A DNA stretch of 64,000 nt from an uncultured Acidobacteriota bacterium (GCA_963822445.1 CAWGHO010000001.1:1440001-1504000); one strand, 5' to 3'; positions 30,222 to 40,387 are shown, counted from the first letter of the stretch. Notes: generated by a model from the sequence alone, not told the origin. Numbers and translations: made by a program.

Positions 30222-30309
30222 GGTAGGCGGTTGGCGGTAGGCAGTAGGCGGTGGATAGAATCGCGGCGTTGTCAGACTCCCGCCTACCGCCTGCCGCCTA
30301 CCGCCCACC
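30222..30309. repeat. Fold-back element of heptamers (G/A)GT(A/G/T)GGC; right arm inside the ruvX CDS
   Basis: GGTAGGC GGTTGGC GGTAGGC AGTAGGC GGTGG ... GCCTACC GCCTGCC GCCTACC GCCCACC. Confidence 0.88.
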
Positions 30310-30715
30310 GATCCTCGCCATCGATCTCGGCGCGCGGCGCATCGGCATCGCCATCAGCGATTCCGGAGTCGTGGCCACACCTCATTCCGTCATGCGAAAC
30401 GAAGGCGACGTCGTCGCGAAGCTGGCCAATCTGGGCAATGAGATCGGCGCCCAGACCTACGTCGTCGGAATCCCACGGCAGGGTCACGTTGCGAAGAGCG
30501 AACAGAAGTACCGCGACTTCGCCGAGGCCCTGCGGCAGAAAACCTGCAAACCGGTCGTGCTCTGGGACGAATCCCTCTCCACCGTCGAAGCTTCGGATAG
30601 GCTGCGCGCTTCCGGCCGCAGCCGGCGGGACGCCCAAAAAGACATCGACATGCACGCTGCCGCAGTGATCCTTCAGTCCTATCTCGACGACGCCTCTTCG
30701 CGGAGGCCGTCATAG
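30269..30715 (+). CDS. ruvX: YqgF/RuvX pre-16S rRNA nuclease
   Basis: ILAIDLGARRIGIAISD, VVGIP, WDESLST, DMHAAAVILQSYL; TTG start 7 nt after TAGAAT (start uncertain; GTG 30251 possible). Confidence 0.9.
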   Translation: MSDSRLPPAAYRPPILAIDLGARRIGIAISDSGVVATPHSVMRNEGDVVAKLANLGNEIGAQTYVVGIPRQGHVAKSEQKYRDFAEALRQKTCKPVVLWDESLSTVEASDRLRASGRSRRDAQKDIDMHAAAVILQSYLDDASSRRPS

Positions 30716-30744
30716 CCCGCGCGCGCGGCGGTTGCCGGAAGGTC

Positions 30745-31779
30745 ATGCGGTCGCTGATGACCATCGGCGTCTTCGGCGTGCTCCTGGCCATCGGCGCGGG
30801 CTTCTTCTTCTGGCGCGCGGTCAGCACGCCGTACAAGGGCTACTCCGAACCGGCGAAACGCGTGGAAGTGCGCCGCGGCCAGCGCACGTCGACCATCCTT
30901 CAGAACCTGCAGAAGGAAGGGCTGTTTCGCGACCAGTGGATTCCGCTGGTGTACATGAAACTGCTGCGCAGAAACGACTCGATCAAAGCGGGCGTCTACG
31001 AGTTCGACAAAGCGCTGTCGCCCGTCGACGTGATCGACAAGCTCGTTCGCGGCGACGTGATCCTCAAGTCGATCACCATCCGCGAAGGGCTCGATCGTTT
31101 TGCCATCGCGAAGATCTTCGCAGCCGAAGGTCTCGGCACCGAGGAGCAGTGGAAACAGGTCACCAGCGAGGCCGATCTGATTCGCGACATCGCACCGGAA
31201 GCGCAATCGCTCGAGGGTTACCTTTTCCCCGACACTTACAAATTCGATCCCGGCACGTCCGCGGCGACGATCGCAAAGGCGATGGTCGCGAACTTCCGGA
31301 AGAACTGGGGAAACGAGATCGCCCTCATCGCCACCGGTCTCGATCCGCATCAGACGGTGACTCTCGCTTCGATCGTGGAAACTGAAGCTCGGTTGCCGCA
31401 GGAGCGGCCGATCGTGGCGTCGGTCTACTTCAACCGCATCCAGAAGCGCATGCTCCTCGGTGCCGATCCGACCGTCATCTACGCGCTCAAGCTCGAAGGC
31501 CGCTGGAACGGCAACATCACCAAAGCGGACCTGCAGATCGCGTCGCCCTACAACACGTACCGCACTCCCGGCCTCCCTCCCGGTCCGATCGCGAATCCCG
31601 GCCTCGCGTCACTTCGGGCCGCGGCGGCTCCGTCGGCGACGCCCTACCTCTATTTCGTTGCCCGGAACGATGGATCGCACGTCTTCTCGACCAATAACGC
31701 CGAGCACAATCGGAATGTCGAGAAGTACCAGCGGCAGTACTTCCGGGACAAGAGGCGGGCCCAGCAGCAGGGGAAATAA
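30745..31779 (+). CDS. mltG: Endolytic transglycosylase MltG
   Basis: LEGYLFPDTY, LASIVETE, ADPTVIY, SPYNTY..GLPPGPIANPG, YLYFVA. Confidence 0.96.
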   Translation: MRSLMTIGVFGVLLAIGAGFFFWRAVSTPYKGYSEPAKRVEVRRGQRTSTILQNLQKEGLFRDQWIPLVYMKLLRRNDSIKAGVYEFDKALSPVDVIDKLVRGDVILKSITIREGLDRFAIAKIFAAEGLGTEEQWKQVTSEADLIRDIAPEAQSLEGYLFPDTYKFDPGTSAATIAKAMVANFRKNWGNEIALIATGLDPHQTVTLASIVETEARLPQERPIVASVYFNRIQKRMLLGADPTVIYALKLEGRWNGNITKADLQIASPYNTYRTPGLPPGPIANPGLASLRAAAAPSATPYLYFVARNDGSHVFSTNNAEHNRNVEKYQRQYFRDKRRAQQQGK

Positions 31780-31849
31780 GTTCGCGGACAATTCCGTCAC
31801 AGTTTGGTATCCTCTCCACTCTCCAGCAAATAACTTTGGGGGTCCATCT

Positions 31850-33778
31850 ATGGCGACGCGCAACAAGCCGTACGACTCGTTCGGTCCGTACATTCTTTTC
31901 AAGAAGCTCGAATCGGACTCGCTGGGCGATCTCTGGCGGGCAGCACGGTTCGACAGCGGACAGATCGGACCTCCCCTGGCGGTGCGAAGGCTTTCCGGCG
32001 GCAACCGTGAGGCGATCGCGGCGAGCGCGCATGCGGCAGCGGAAGTCGTCCCGCAGCTCAGCGGCGCGTCCTTCGTTCGCGGGCAGGTAGTCGGCGTCGC
32101 CGACAACGTTCCGTTTCTGGCCTGGGAGTATCAGGGCGGCCGCTCGCTGCGCTACATCGTCGATCGCGCGCGCGGCGGAAACGGCGTGCAGCCGAATCCC
32201 GTCCCGATGGATCAGGCCATCGTCATCGCGGAGAAAGTCGCGCTCTCGCTGGCGACGACCGCGGATCTCCGCGACGGTTCCGGCCAGCGCCTTTCGCATG
32301 GCGCCCTGATTCCGCAGTTCGTCTGGATCAGCGATGACGGCGAGATCCGCGTCGCCGGCCAACTTCTGAACGCCGGCATCACCGCTTCCTTCTCCGATCA
32401 GAAAGTGGCGGGCGAGATCGCGCGCTACTTCGCGCCCGAATCGCGTACCGCGCAACCGAAGGGCGGCGAGGTCTACTCGCTCGGCGCGCTGCTGTTCCTG
32501 CTCGTGACCGGTCAGGAGCCGCCTGATGCCGCGACGGCCAGCGCATTCGGCGCGGCGGTTCGTGCGGCGAAGACCATGAGCGGCGCGCCGATTCCCGACG
32601 ATATCCGCATCATTCTCGACAAGTCCTTCAACATCGATCCGTCGATGCGCTACCAGTCCATCGCGGACATGAAGCAGGCCCTGACCGCGCTCGCGAACGG
32701 CGGCAAGTACTCGGCGACGACGTTCAATCTCGCCTTCTACCTCAGCAATCTGCTGAAGAAGGAGATGGAGGCGGAGGCGATCGATCGGGAGAAAGAGTCG
32801 AAGGTCAACGTCGCTCCGTATCTCGAAGCGCCGAAGGCCGCGCCGGTCGCGCACATGCCGGTGGCCGCGGCCGTTCCCGATTTCGGTGCGGCCGAAGAAA
32901 AGCCGAAGAGCAGGATGCCGCTGGCGATCGCCGCGGGTATCGGCGTGGCGGTCCTCGCCGGCGCCGGCTGGATGATGTACAAGAAAGCACCGGCGGCACC
33001 CGCCGCTCCCGCGCAACAGGCCACGGCGCAGATCGTCCCCGCGAAGGCGCCGGTGATCATCTCCGAGCCGATCGTCGCCAGCGGATCCGAAACACCCGCA
33101 CCGGCGGCCACCGATTCCGCTGCGCAGCAGAAGGCATTCGAAGACGCCGTGAAGGCGAAGATGCAGGCCGAGTTGATGAAGCTGCAGGACCAGTTCCTGA
33201 CAGATTTGAAGAAGACGCAGCCGAAGAGCGCTCCGGTGACGCTCGCGCCGCCGGTTTCCGTCGCGGCGAATCCCGAACCGGCGCCCGAGCGCGACGGCCC
33301 GAGCGCGGCGCAACTCGATCTGCAGCGCCGCGAAGCGCTGGCCCAGCGGCAGGAAGCAGCCGCGCAGCCCGCGCCGGTTACGCCTGCTCCGATTCAGACG
33401 CAGACCACCGCGCCGGCTCCGCAGCCGCAGGTCGCCAACACGCAGACGGCCGCTCCCGCCGTCGTCGTTCCGGCCATCCGCGAAGGGGACGTCGTCGGCG
33501 TCGGCGAGTTGAGCTCCGTGCCGAAGCCGCTCCGCCCCATCTCACCGATGTATCCGCCGATGGCCCGGACCCAGCGGATCGCCGCCACGGTCCTCGTCAG
33601 TGCGCTGATCAACGAGAACGGACAGGTCACGGACGTGAAGGTTCTCCGCGGCGAGCCGCGCTTCGGGATCAACGAGGCCGCCATCCGGGCGATGAAAGCC
33701 AGCCGTTTCAGCTCACCGATGAAGGACGGGAAACGGGTCAAGACCTGGTTCCCGCAGCAGATCGACTTCAAGCCGTAA
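31850..33778 (+). CDS. Pseudokinase-TM-TonB C-terminal domain fusion protein
   Basis: Kinase fold (FGPYILFKKL, WEY.GGRSL, YFAPE, VYSLG) lacking G-loop, HRD and DFG; TM; Pro/Ala linker; TonB_C (P.YP..A...V.V...I.ENG.V..VKV). Confidence 0.8.
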   Translation: MATRNKPYDSFGPYILFKKLESDSLGDLWRAARFDSGQIGPPLAVRRLSGGNREAIAASAHAAAEVVPQLSGASFVRGQVVGVADNVPFLAWEYQGGRSLRYIVDRARGGNGVQPNPVPMDQAIVIAEKVALSLATTADLRDGSGQRLSHGALIPQFVWISDDGEIRVAGQLLNAGITASFSDQKVAGEIARYFAPESRTAQPKGGEVYSLGALLFLLVTGQEPPDAATASAFGAAVRAAKTMSGAPIPDDIRIILDKSFNIDPSMRYQSIADMKQALTALANGGKYSATTFNLAFYLSNLLKKEMEAEAIDREKESKVNVAPYLEAPKAAPVAHMPVAAAVPDFGAAEEKPKSRMPLAIAAGIGVAVLAGAGWMMYKKAPAAPAAPAQQATAQIVPAKAPVIISEPIVASGSETPAPAATDSAAQQKAFEDAVKAKMQAELMKLQDQFLTDLKKTQPKSAPVTLAPPVSVAANPEPAPERDGPSAAQLDLQRREALAQRQEAAAQPAPVTPAPIQTQTTAPAPQPQVANTQTAAPAVVVPAIREGDVVGVGELSSVPKPLRPISPMYPPMARTQRIAATVLVSALINENGQVTDVKVLRGEPRFGINEAAIRAMKASRFSSPMKDGKRVKTWFPQQIDFKP

Positions 33779-33781
33779 CGG

Positions 33782-35083
33782 TCATTTGCTGATCGAGACT
33801 TCGAAGTAACGCGGCCGCGCGATTCCGGCCAACCGCCCGCGCGGCCGCGTGAAGTTCGTCTTCCCCGGCCCTTCCTTCAACCGAACCACCTCGGATCCGA
33901 CGTAGCCGGACAGATACACAGCCGCGTGCGCGCCGAGGGACGGATCGACTTCGATGCGCGACACCTGCGGATCGGCGATGGCTTTGACGAACGTGATCGC
34001 CGCGACCGGCGGCGAATCGGTGGTGCGCACCTCCTGCAGCGCCGGCAGAGTCCAGAGCACCATCGTCGCCACGAGAGTCGCCAGCAGCGGCAGCCGTCCG
34101 CGGAAATCCAGCCCTTCCGCGGCGAGGACTGCAAAGAGCGGCATGTACGCGACGGAGAAACGGCTCGCGCTGTGGAAGTCGAGGAACAGCCAGGCGAAGA
34201 ACAGGAACGGCCCGAAGATCGCCAGCGCATGCCGCGCGGGCGGACGGCGGCGAACCAGGCCGATGGCCGCGGCGAGAACGAGCATCACGTTGATGAGCGG
34301 AGCCCGGAACGGACGAAGGAAAAAGTCGTCCGCGACCTGGATCAGGGACGGGCGGATGTCGCTGAGAAATGAGTCCGTGGCGCGGATGTACTGGCCATGC
34401 TCGGCGATGGCGGTTCGATACGCGGCGAAGTCGCCCGTCGCGATTGCGGCACCGGCGTAGCTCGCAATCACGATCATCGCCACGATCACCGCGCCGATGA
34501 TGGCCACACGACGGCGACACAAAAAGGCGATGACGAACGGTGCGAGACCGATGATCAGGTTCTGCGGCCGAATGCCCGCGGCGATCCCGATGACGATGCA
34601 GCCGGCGATCAGCGCGGCATTGCTGCGACAGCCGCGCAGCAACAATCCACTGGCGACGAGCGACAGGACCATCGACGGCACGTCGCTGAACGCGGTCCCG
34701 CCGTAAAACCAGACGTTCGGCAGAAACGCCAGGATCAGGCCCGAACCAAAGCAAACGAAGGTGCTCCCGCGAAGCTCGCGCGCGAGGAAGAACGCGGCGG
34801 GAAAGACGAACAGCGACGAGATCACGACCAGCGTCTGCAGCGCCCGGAACGGCTCCAGCGGCAGGAGCTTCGCCGCGGCGATGAACAGAGGAAAGCCGGG
34901 CGGATGCGGATGAAAGGCGGCGACGTCGTAGTCGCGAAGCGCGAGCACGAAGAGGGCCTCATCCCAGTCCCAAAGCGACTTCGACACGGCGAGCAGCCGC
35001 GTCACCGCGACAAAAATGGCCGCGATCGCGAACGCCATCCATTCGCGCGGCGTCAGCGGCGGAATCACTTCGCGGAAGTCCAT
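33782..35083 (-). CDS. GT-C (PMT/ArnT-like) membrane glycosyltransferase, paralog 4 (short)
   Basis: WDWDE..F...RDYDV...PHPPGFP, LPNVWFYGG..FSD; lacks the C-terminal soluble domain. Confidence 0.75.
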   Translation of the reverse strand: MDFREVIPPLTPREWMAFAIAAIFVAVTRLLAVSKSLWDWDEALFVLALRDYDVAAFHPHPPGFPLFIAAAKLLPLEPFRALQTLVVISSLFVFPAAFFLARELRGSTFVCFGSGLILAFLPNVWFYGGTAFSDVPSMVLSLVASGLLLRGCRSNAALIAGCIVIGIAAGIRPQNLIIGLAPFVIAFLCRRRVAIIGAVIVAMIVIASYAGAAIATGDFAAYRTAIAEHGQYIRATDSFLSDIRPSLIQVADDFFLRPFRAPLINVMLVLAAAIGLVRRRPPARHALAIFGPFLFFAWLFLDFHSASRFSVAYMPLFAVLAAEGLDFRGRLPLLATLVATMVLWTLPALQEVRTTDSPPVAAITFVKAIADPQVSRIEVDPSLGAHAAVYLSGYVGSEVVRLKEGPGKTNFTRPRGRLAGIARPRYFEVSISK

Positions 35084-36819
35084 GACAACGCCTCCACGCG
35101 CAGGCCGAGGTCGCGCGTGTCGCTGGAGTGGCCCATCTTTGCGGGATTGACGACCGCGCTGGTGGTGATCCGCAGATCATTCGGCCGCCCGGCTCGCGAC
35201 GCGACGATCCACGACTTCTCGAATCCGGTATCGGTGGCGGTGAAGCGCTCGATCACGTTCCCGTTCAACGCCACTTCGATGACCGGCGGCGACGGCAGCG
35301 TGTCGACCGGAACGTACAGGCGCACGTAAAGCCTCGCCTTGCCTTCAAGCGGCGGAAGCGTCGCCGTCGCCGTCCTGGGTATCCAGCGCGTCGCCGACAA
35401 CCCGCTCCGCTCTTCGCTGTACCACTCCGGCCCCAGTTTGATCGCCGAAGGAACGCGCGCGAGCGATGCCTCGAAATTGCGGCGGCGGATGATCTTCCAC
35501 AGCGGATTGGTGCGGGGCCAGACGAAGTTCCGGCCGCCCTTCACCGGCTTCAGATCGACCACCCAGGCCTCGCCGCCGAGCGGGGAGATCTGTTCCGGTC
35601 GCTCCCAGATGCTCAGATTTCCACCGTGAAACACGTAGTCGGCCTGCGGCGCGATTCCGAAATGGACGAACAGAGTTTCCTGCGACACATGCTCCTTCGC
35701 CCATCGCAACGCGGCAACGGGCGGCGAGTCGCTGCGCTGCAGAGTCAACGCGGGCCAGGTCCACACCGCGAAGACGATGATGACCATCGTCACGAGGACG
35801 GCCTGCACGCGCACGCGATGCCGGGCCAGGATTTCCAGACCATCAGCGGCGAGCAGCGCGTACACGCTCAGATACGGAATGCTGTACCGGCCGCCGGCCT
35901 CCACGTCGAGCGTGAGCAACGCCAGCAACGCGAAAGGCACGAAGATCGCGGTCATGAAAAGCGGCGGCCCGCGCCGTTTCACGATCGAAGTGATGAACGA
36001 GATCAGGCCCAGCGCGATGAACGAATACATCTGCACCTGCTGCCGCATCGGCCGCAGAAAGAAATCCTCGGCAACCTCATGAAGGGGCTCGCGCTCCGGA
36101 TTGCGCCAGGAGTCGGTATCGCGCACGTAATCGCTCTGCGCGCGGACTGCTTTCCTGTAGCCGCTCAGCGAGCCGGTCGCGTAGGCCGCGCCGATGTAAC
36201 TCGCCGAGACGATCGCTGCGCCGAGGATTGCACCGGCGATCACCGCGCGAAAATCCCGCGCCCGCAGACGCGCGTAGGTCGCGAGGATCGCTGGAATCAC
36301 GCCAATGACGAGACTCGTGGGACGAAAGCCTGCGGCGATGCCGAGCAGGATTGCGCCGAATAGGTAGGCCCTCGACTCCCGTCGTCCTCGCAGCAGCAGC
36401 CAGCAGGCGAACAGCACGAGGGTCATCGACGGAATGTCGCTGAAGGCCGTGCCGCCATGAATCCAGACGTTCGGGAGGAAACAGAACAGCGCCGCACCAC
36501 TCGCTGCGGTTCCGAAACCGAAGCCGACTTCGCGCGCAAAGAGGAACAGCGCCGGGAAGAGCAGCATCGACCCCAGCACCACGATGGTCTGCAGCGAGCG
36601 GAACTCCTCCACGCCGATCGCGTGGACGAGCTTCGCGGCGGCGATGAACAACGGATAGCCGGGCGGGTGGGGATGGTGATTGACGACGTCGTACTCGCGC
36701 ACGGCGAGCGCGAAGAGCGCCTCGTCCCAGTCGAACAGCGATCGCGAAAGGGACAGCAGCCGGGTGATGGCAACGATCACTGCCAGCGCGACGAAGACTT
36801 TCTTTTGCAGCGAAGTCAT
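35065..36819 (-). CDS. GT-C membrane glycosyltransferase, paralog 3
   Basis: FDWDE, HHPHPPGYP, LPNVW..GGTAFSD; C-terminal RDLGL domain. Confidence 0.78.
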   Translation of the reverse strand: MTSLQKKVFVALAVIVAITRLLSLSRSLFDWDEALFALAVREYDVVNHHPHPPGYPLFIAAAKLVHAIGVEEFRSLQTIVVLGSMLLFPALFLFAREVGFGFGTAASGAALFCFLPNVWIHGGTAFSDIPSMTLVLFACWLLLRGRRESRAYLFGAILLGIAAGFRPTSLVIGVIPAILATYARLRARDFRAVIAGAILGAAIVSASYIGAAYATGSLSGYRKAVRAQSDYVRDTDSWRNPEREPLHEVAEDFFLRPMRQQVQMYSFIALGLISFITSIVKRRGPPLFMTAIFVPFALLALLTLDVEAGGRYSIPYLSVYALLAADGLEILARHRVRVQAVLVTMVIIVFAVWTWPALTLQRSDSPPVAALRWAKEHVSQETLFVHFGIAPQADYVFHGGNLSIWERPEQISPLGGEAWVVDLKPVKGGRNFVWPRTNPLWKIIRRRNFEASLARVPSAIKLGPEWYSEERSGLSATRWIPRTATATLPPLEGKARLYVRLYVPVDTLPSPPVIEVALNGNVIERFTATDTGFEKSWIVASRAGRPNDLRITTSAVVNPAKMGHSSDTRDLGLRVEALSWTSAK

Positions 36820-38579
36820 CGCACCGGCTGCCATCGGTAGTCGAAGAGCTGCAGGCCGAGGTCTCGCGGGTCATGCCCGATCCCTCGCTTCAATGGATTG
36901 ATGGTCGCGCTCGTGGAGATCTCCAGACGGCTCACCGCATCGGGCAGGCCTTCGACTTGCCACTCCTTCGTGATCGCGGCTGGCGGCATGCGGAAGCGCT
37001 CGAGCAGCCTGCCGTTCAAGCGCACTTCGACGTCCGGCTCGAGAGGGGTCGGCTTCCCCAGTCTGAGCATCAACCGCCCCTTCCCCGGCGGCGCCGGAAT
37101 GAACACGACGCCGCGCGCGGCCATCCAGCGCCAGTTCAGATCGAGATGGCCTTCCGGGTCTCCCCAGCCTTCCGCGAACCGCCAGATGACCGAGACCGGT
37201 GCAACGGACGCCTCGAAGTGTCTCTGCGGATGGATCTCCGCGACCCGCGCCCGCGGCCGCCGGAACACGATCGCTCCCCGCTCCCGCATGACCCCTTCGG
37301 TCAAAAAGTACTCGCCGGCCAGACCGGTGATCTCGGCGGGCGAGCCGACTCTCACGGCATCGCGGTCGGCGAGGTAGTACGCCGACCATGGCGGCATCGA
37401 GTCATCGATCCAGACGCGCTTTCCCTTCGGCACGAGCTTTTGTACGTACGTCGAGGCAGCGTGCGTTGGAGCGATGGTCGAGCGGACCTCGATGAGCGCG
37501 GGCAACGTCCACCAGGCATACCGTCCGACGAACAAGGCGACGGCCAGTATGTGCGCGACCGCCGCGAATCGCTTGAGCGGCGCGGTCGCGCGCTCCAGGG
37601 CAAATGCGGCGAGCAGCGCGTAGACGGCGACGTACGCGACCGAGTAACGGCGAATGCCGACGATGTCGTGCATCATCCAGGCGAAGAGCATGTACGGCGC
37701 AAAGGTGACCAGCGCGATCCAGATCCCCCACTGCCGGCGCACGATCGCGGCGATCAGCGCCACCACGCACAGGGCCGCGAGGAGCATCGAAAGCCGGCCG
37801 GCTCCCATCGGACGGACGAAGAAGTCGTCGGCGAGCGTGCGCAACGGCGGCCGGCTCGGGTTGGCGATGGTGTCGATGTCGTGAACCCACTTCTGAAAGT
37901 GTCGGACCGCGTCGACGTAACTCCGCGGCGATCCGGTCGCGTACGCGGCGCCGGTGTAAGCGGCCGTGGCGATGACGGCGGTGATGACGGCGCCGAGAAC
38001 GATGCGCGTGAAGGCACGGCGCTGGTACCAGGTCGCGATCAGCAGCGGCGGGAGAAGAATGAACCCGCCGTGCGGCCGCACCGCCAGCGCGCAACCGACG
38101 AACGCGCAGCCGATCAGAAACGCGCGGCCGTCGCGTCGTCCGCGCAACAGATACAGAATCGCGGCGAGGTTGAGCGCGGTGCCGGTGATGTCGCTGAAGA
38201 TCGTTCCGCCGAAATACCAGACGTTCGGCAGGAACACGAACAGCAGCGCGGCGAGATACGCGGTGCGCACTTCGAGGCGGAGCTCACGCGCGATGAAAAA
38301 GAGCAGCGGGAAGAGCGAGCAGGCCGCCAGGAACGTCACCACCTGCAGCGAGCGGAAGTCGGAGAGCCCGAAGAGCTGCACGAGGTTCGCGAGAAAGATG
38401 TAGATCGGAAAGCCGGCGGGATGCGGCTGGTGACGCGTGACGTCGAAGTCGCGCACGCCGGCCATGAACTGCACTTCATCCCAGTCCCACGGCGAGCTGG
38501 CCATCGCGAACAGACGCGTCGCGGCGACGACGATGGCCGTGACCCACAGGAGCTTCCGTTGAGGCGCGGTCAGCATCAT
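36816..38579 (-). CDS. GT-C membrane glycosyltransferase, paralog 2
   Basis: WDWDE, HQPHPAGFP, LPNVWYFGG..FSD; ATGA overlaps on both sides. Confidence 0.78.
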   Translation of the reverse strand: MMLTAPQRKLLWVTAIVVAATRLFAMASSPWDWDEVQFMAGVRDFDVTRHQPHPAGFPIYIFLANLVQLFGLSDFRSLQVVTFLAACSLFPLLFFIARELRLEVRTAYLAALLFVFLPNVWYFGGTIFSDITGTALNLAAILYLLRGRRDGRAFLIGCAFVGCALAVRPHGGFILLPPLLIATWYQRRAFTRIVLGAVITAVIATAAYTGAAYATGSPRSYVDAVRHFQKWVHDIDTIANPSRPPLRTLADDFFVRPMGAGRLSMLLAALCVVALIAAIVRRQWGIWIALVTFAPYMLFAWMMHDIVGIRRYSVAYVAVYALLAAFALERATAPLKRFAAVAHILAVALFVGRYAWWTLPALIEVRSTIAPTHAASTYVQKLVPKGKRVWIDDSMPPWSAYYLADRDAVRVGSPAEITGLAGEYFLTEGVMRERGAIVFRRPRARVAEIHPQRHFEASVAPVSVIWRFAEGWGDPEGHLDLNWRWMAARGVVFIPAPPGKGRLMLRLGKPTPLEPDVEVRLNGRLLERFRMPPAAITKEWQVEGLPDAVSRLEISTSATINPLKRGIGHDPRDLGLQLFDYRWQPVR

Positions 38580-40369
38580 CGCAGCGGCTGCCAACCGTAG
38601 CCCGAGAGCCGCAGACTGAGATCGCGGGTGTCGTCGGAAAGGCCGAGCGCTTTCGGATTCATCGTCGCGCTGCTGCGAAGCACGAGGCGGTTCGGGGCGT
38701 CGGCGCGCGAGTCCACGACCCATTCCTTCGTCGTCTCTCGCGGCGCCAGCCGGAAGCGGTCGATCACGACGCCGTTCAGCTCGACCTCGACGTCAGGCGC
38801 GACGCGATCCTGCGCCGCCAGGGTCAGGCGAAGTCGCGCCTTTCCGGCACCGGGCGGAATGAGGATCTCGCCGCGCGCGGTCATCCAGCGCCACGATTCT
38901 TTTTCGAAGTGCTCCTCGTCGTGCCATCCCGAAACGAACTGCCAGATGTTCGAGATCGGCACGACCGTGACGGCGAAATAGCGGCGGCGGGCCACATCCC
39001 AGATCCTTCCGCGCGGCCGGAAGAAGGTTTGATTGCCCTGTCCGAACAGGCCCCCTTCGAACGCGTAGAACTCGTGCGCGCGGCCTTCGCGGCGGACTTC
39101 GTTTTCATCGACGGTGAGTCGCACATCGCGGTCGCTCAGAAAGTACTCGGCGAACGGCTCGAGCGAGCCGTGAATCCAGACGCGTTCCCCTTTCTTCACG
39201 TGTTCGCGCAGGAACGTCATGGCCGCCTGGGTAGGCGCGGGCTCGTTGCGGACTTCGGTGAGCATCACGCCGGTCCACTGCGCGTACCGGCCGGCCATCA
39301 GAAGAATGACAGCGACCTGTGCCGCCGCCGGCCATCGTCCGATCGGCGCGAGCGCATGCGCGGCGAGGAGCGTCCAGAGAAAAAGGTACGCCGTCGAGTA
39401 ACGCTGGATGGAGTTGTAGTCGAGCGACAGATATGCGAAGACGACGAATGGGAGGAAGGTCAGCATCGCCAGACCGACCCGTGGTCCCTCGGCCCGCAGA
39501 CCGCGCAACGCGCCAAGCAGCGCCAGCGCCGAGACGACGATGCCCAGCCGGCCCGCGCCCATCGGCCGGACGAAGTACTCGTCGAAGAGCGTGCCCAGCG
39601 CCGGCCGGTCCGGATTGGTGATGGCGTCGTGCTCGCGGACCCAGTCCTTCACTCCGCGCAGGGCGCCGAGGTAAGCCTCGATCGATCCCGAGGCCAGGGC
39701 CGTGCCGACGTAGCAGACTACGACGATTGCGGCGACGATCGCGCAGGCGGCGACGACCCGACGCCACGAGCTCTTGAACTGAAACCAGGCCGCGACCGCG
39801 AACGGAGCCGCGCCCAGCATCACCGCCTGCGGTCGCATCCCCGCGGCGAGACCGAGCAGCACTGCGCCGATGAGGTAGTCGCGCGAGTTGCGGCAGCCGC
39901 GTAACAGCATCGCCGCGGCGGCTAGCGTGAAAGCGACGCCGGGGACGTCGCTGAAGCCGGTCCCGCCGTAGAACCAGACGTTCGGCAGGAAGACGAACAG
40001 CACCGCACCGGCGAGCGCGGTCGCGAACGGAAAGCGCAGCTCCCGGGCCAGGAGAAATCCGAGGGGGAACAGCATGCAGGCGCTGAGGAGGTTGATCGTT
40101 TGCAGCGCCGCGAAGTCCGTGGCCGCGACGAGGCGGATCACTTTCGCCAGGGCCATGTAGACCGGAAAACCGGGCGGATGGGGGTGGTGGTAGGGATGGC
40201 CGACGTTGAACTCGCGGACACCTGCCGAGAACTGCACTTCGTCCCAATCCCACATCGACTCCGAGAGGGCGAAGACGCGCGAGGCGGCAATCACGATCGC
40301 CGTGAGCCAGAAGAGCTTGCGCTGGAGCGGTGTCAGCGGGACAGGGTCGGAAAGAAGGGGCTGCGGCAA
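38576..40369 (-). CDS. GT-C membrane glycosyltransferase, paralog 1
   Basis: WDWDE, HHPHPPGFP, LPNVWFYGG..FSD; TTG start inferred from alignment with the paralogs. Confidence 0.75.
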   Translation of the reverse strand: MPQPLLSDPVPLTPLQRKLFWLTAIVIAASRVFALSESMWDWDEVQFSAGVREFNVGHPYHHPHPPGFPVYMALAKVIRLVAATDFAALQTINLLSACMLFPLGFLLARELRFPFATALAGAVLFVFLPNVWFYGGTGFSDVPGVAFTLAAAAMLLRGCRNSRDYLIGAVLLGLAAGMRPQAVMLGAAPFAVAAWFQFKSSWRRVVAACAIVAAIVVVCYVGTALASGSIEAYLGALRGVKDWVREHDAITNPDRPALGTLFDEYFVRPMGAGRLGIVVSALALLGALRGLRAEGPRVGLAMLTFLPFVVFAYLSLDYNSIQRYSTAYLFLWTLLAAHALAPIGRWPAAAQVAVILLMAGRYAQWTGVMLTEVRNEPAPTQAAMTFLREHVKKGERVWIHGSLEPFAEYFLSDRDVRLTVDENEVRREGRAHEFYAFEGGLFGQGNQTFFRPRGRIWDVARRRYFAVTVVPISNIWQFVSGWHDEEHFEKESWRWMTARGEILIPPGAGKARLRLTLAAQDRVAPDVEVELNGVVIDRFRLAPRETTKEWVVDSRADAPNRLVLRSSATMNPKALGLSDDTRDLSLRLSGYGWQPLR

Positions 40370-40371
40370 AG

Positions 40372-40387
40372 GGGCACCATTCTCGCA
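40372..40387 (+). promoter_or_regulatory. sigma54 promoter of topoisomerase IB
   Basis: GGGCACCATTCTCGCA, GG-N10-GC; predicted +1 about 6 nt before the ATG. Confidence 0.5.
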
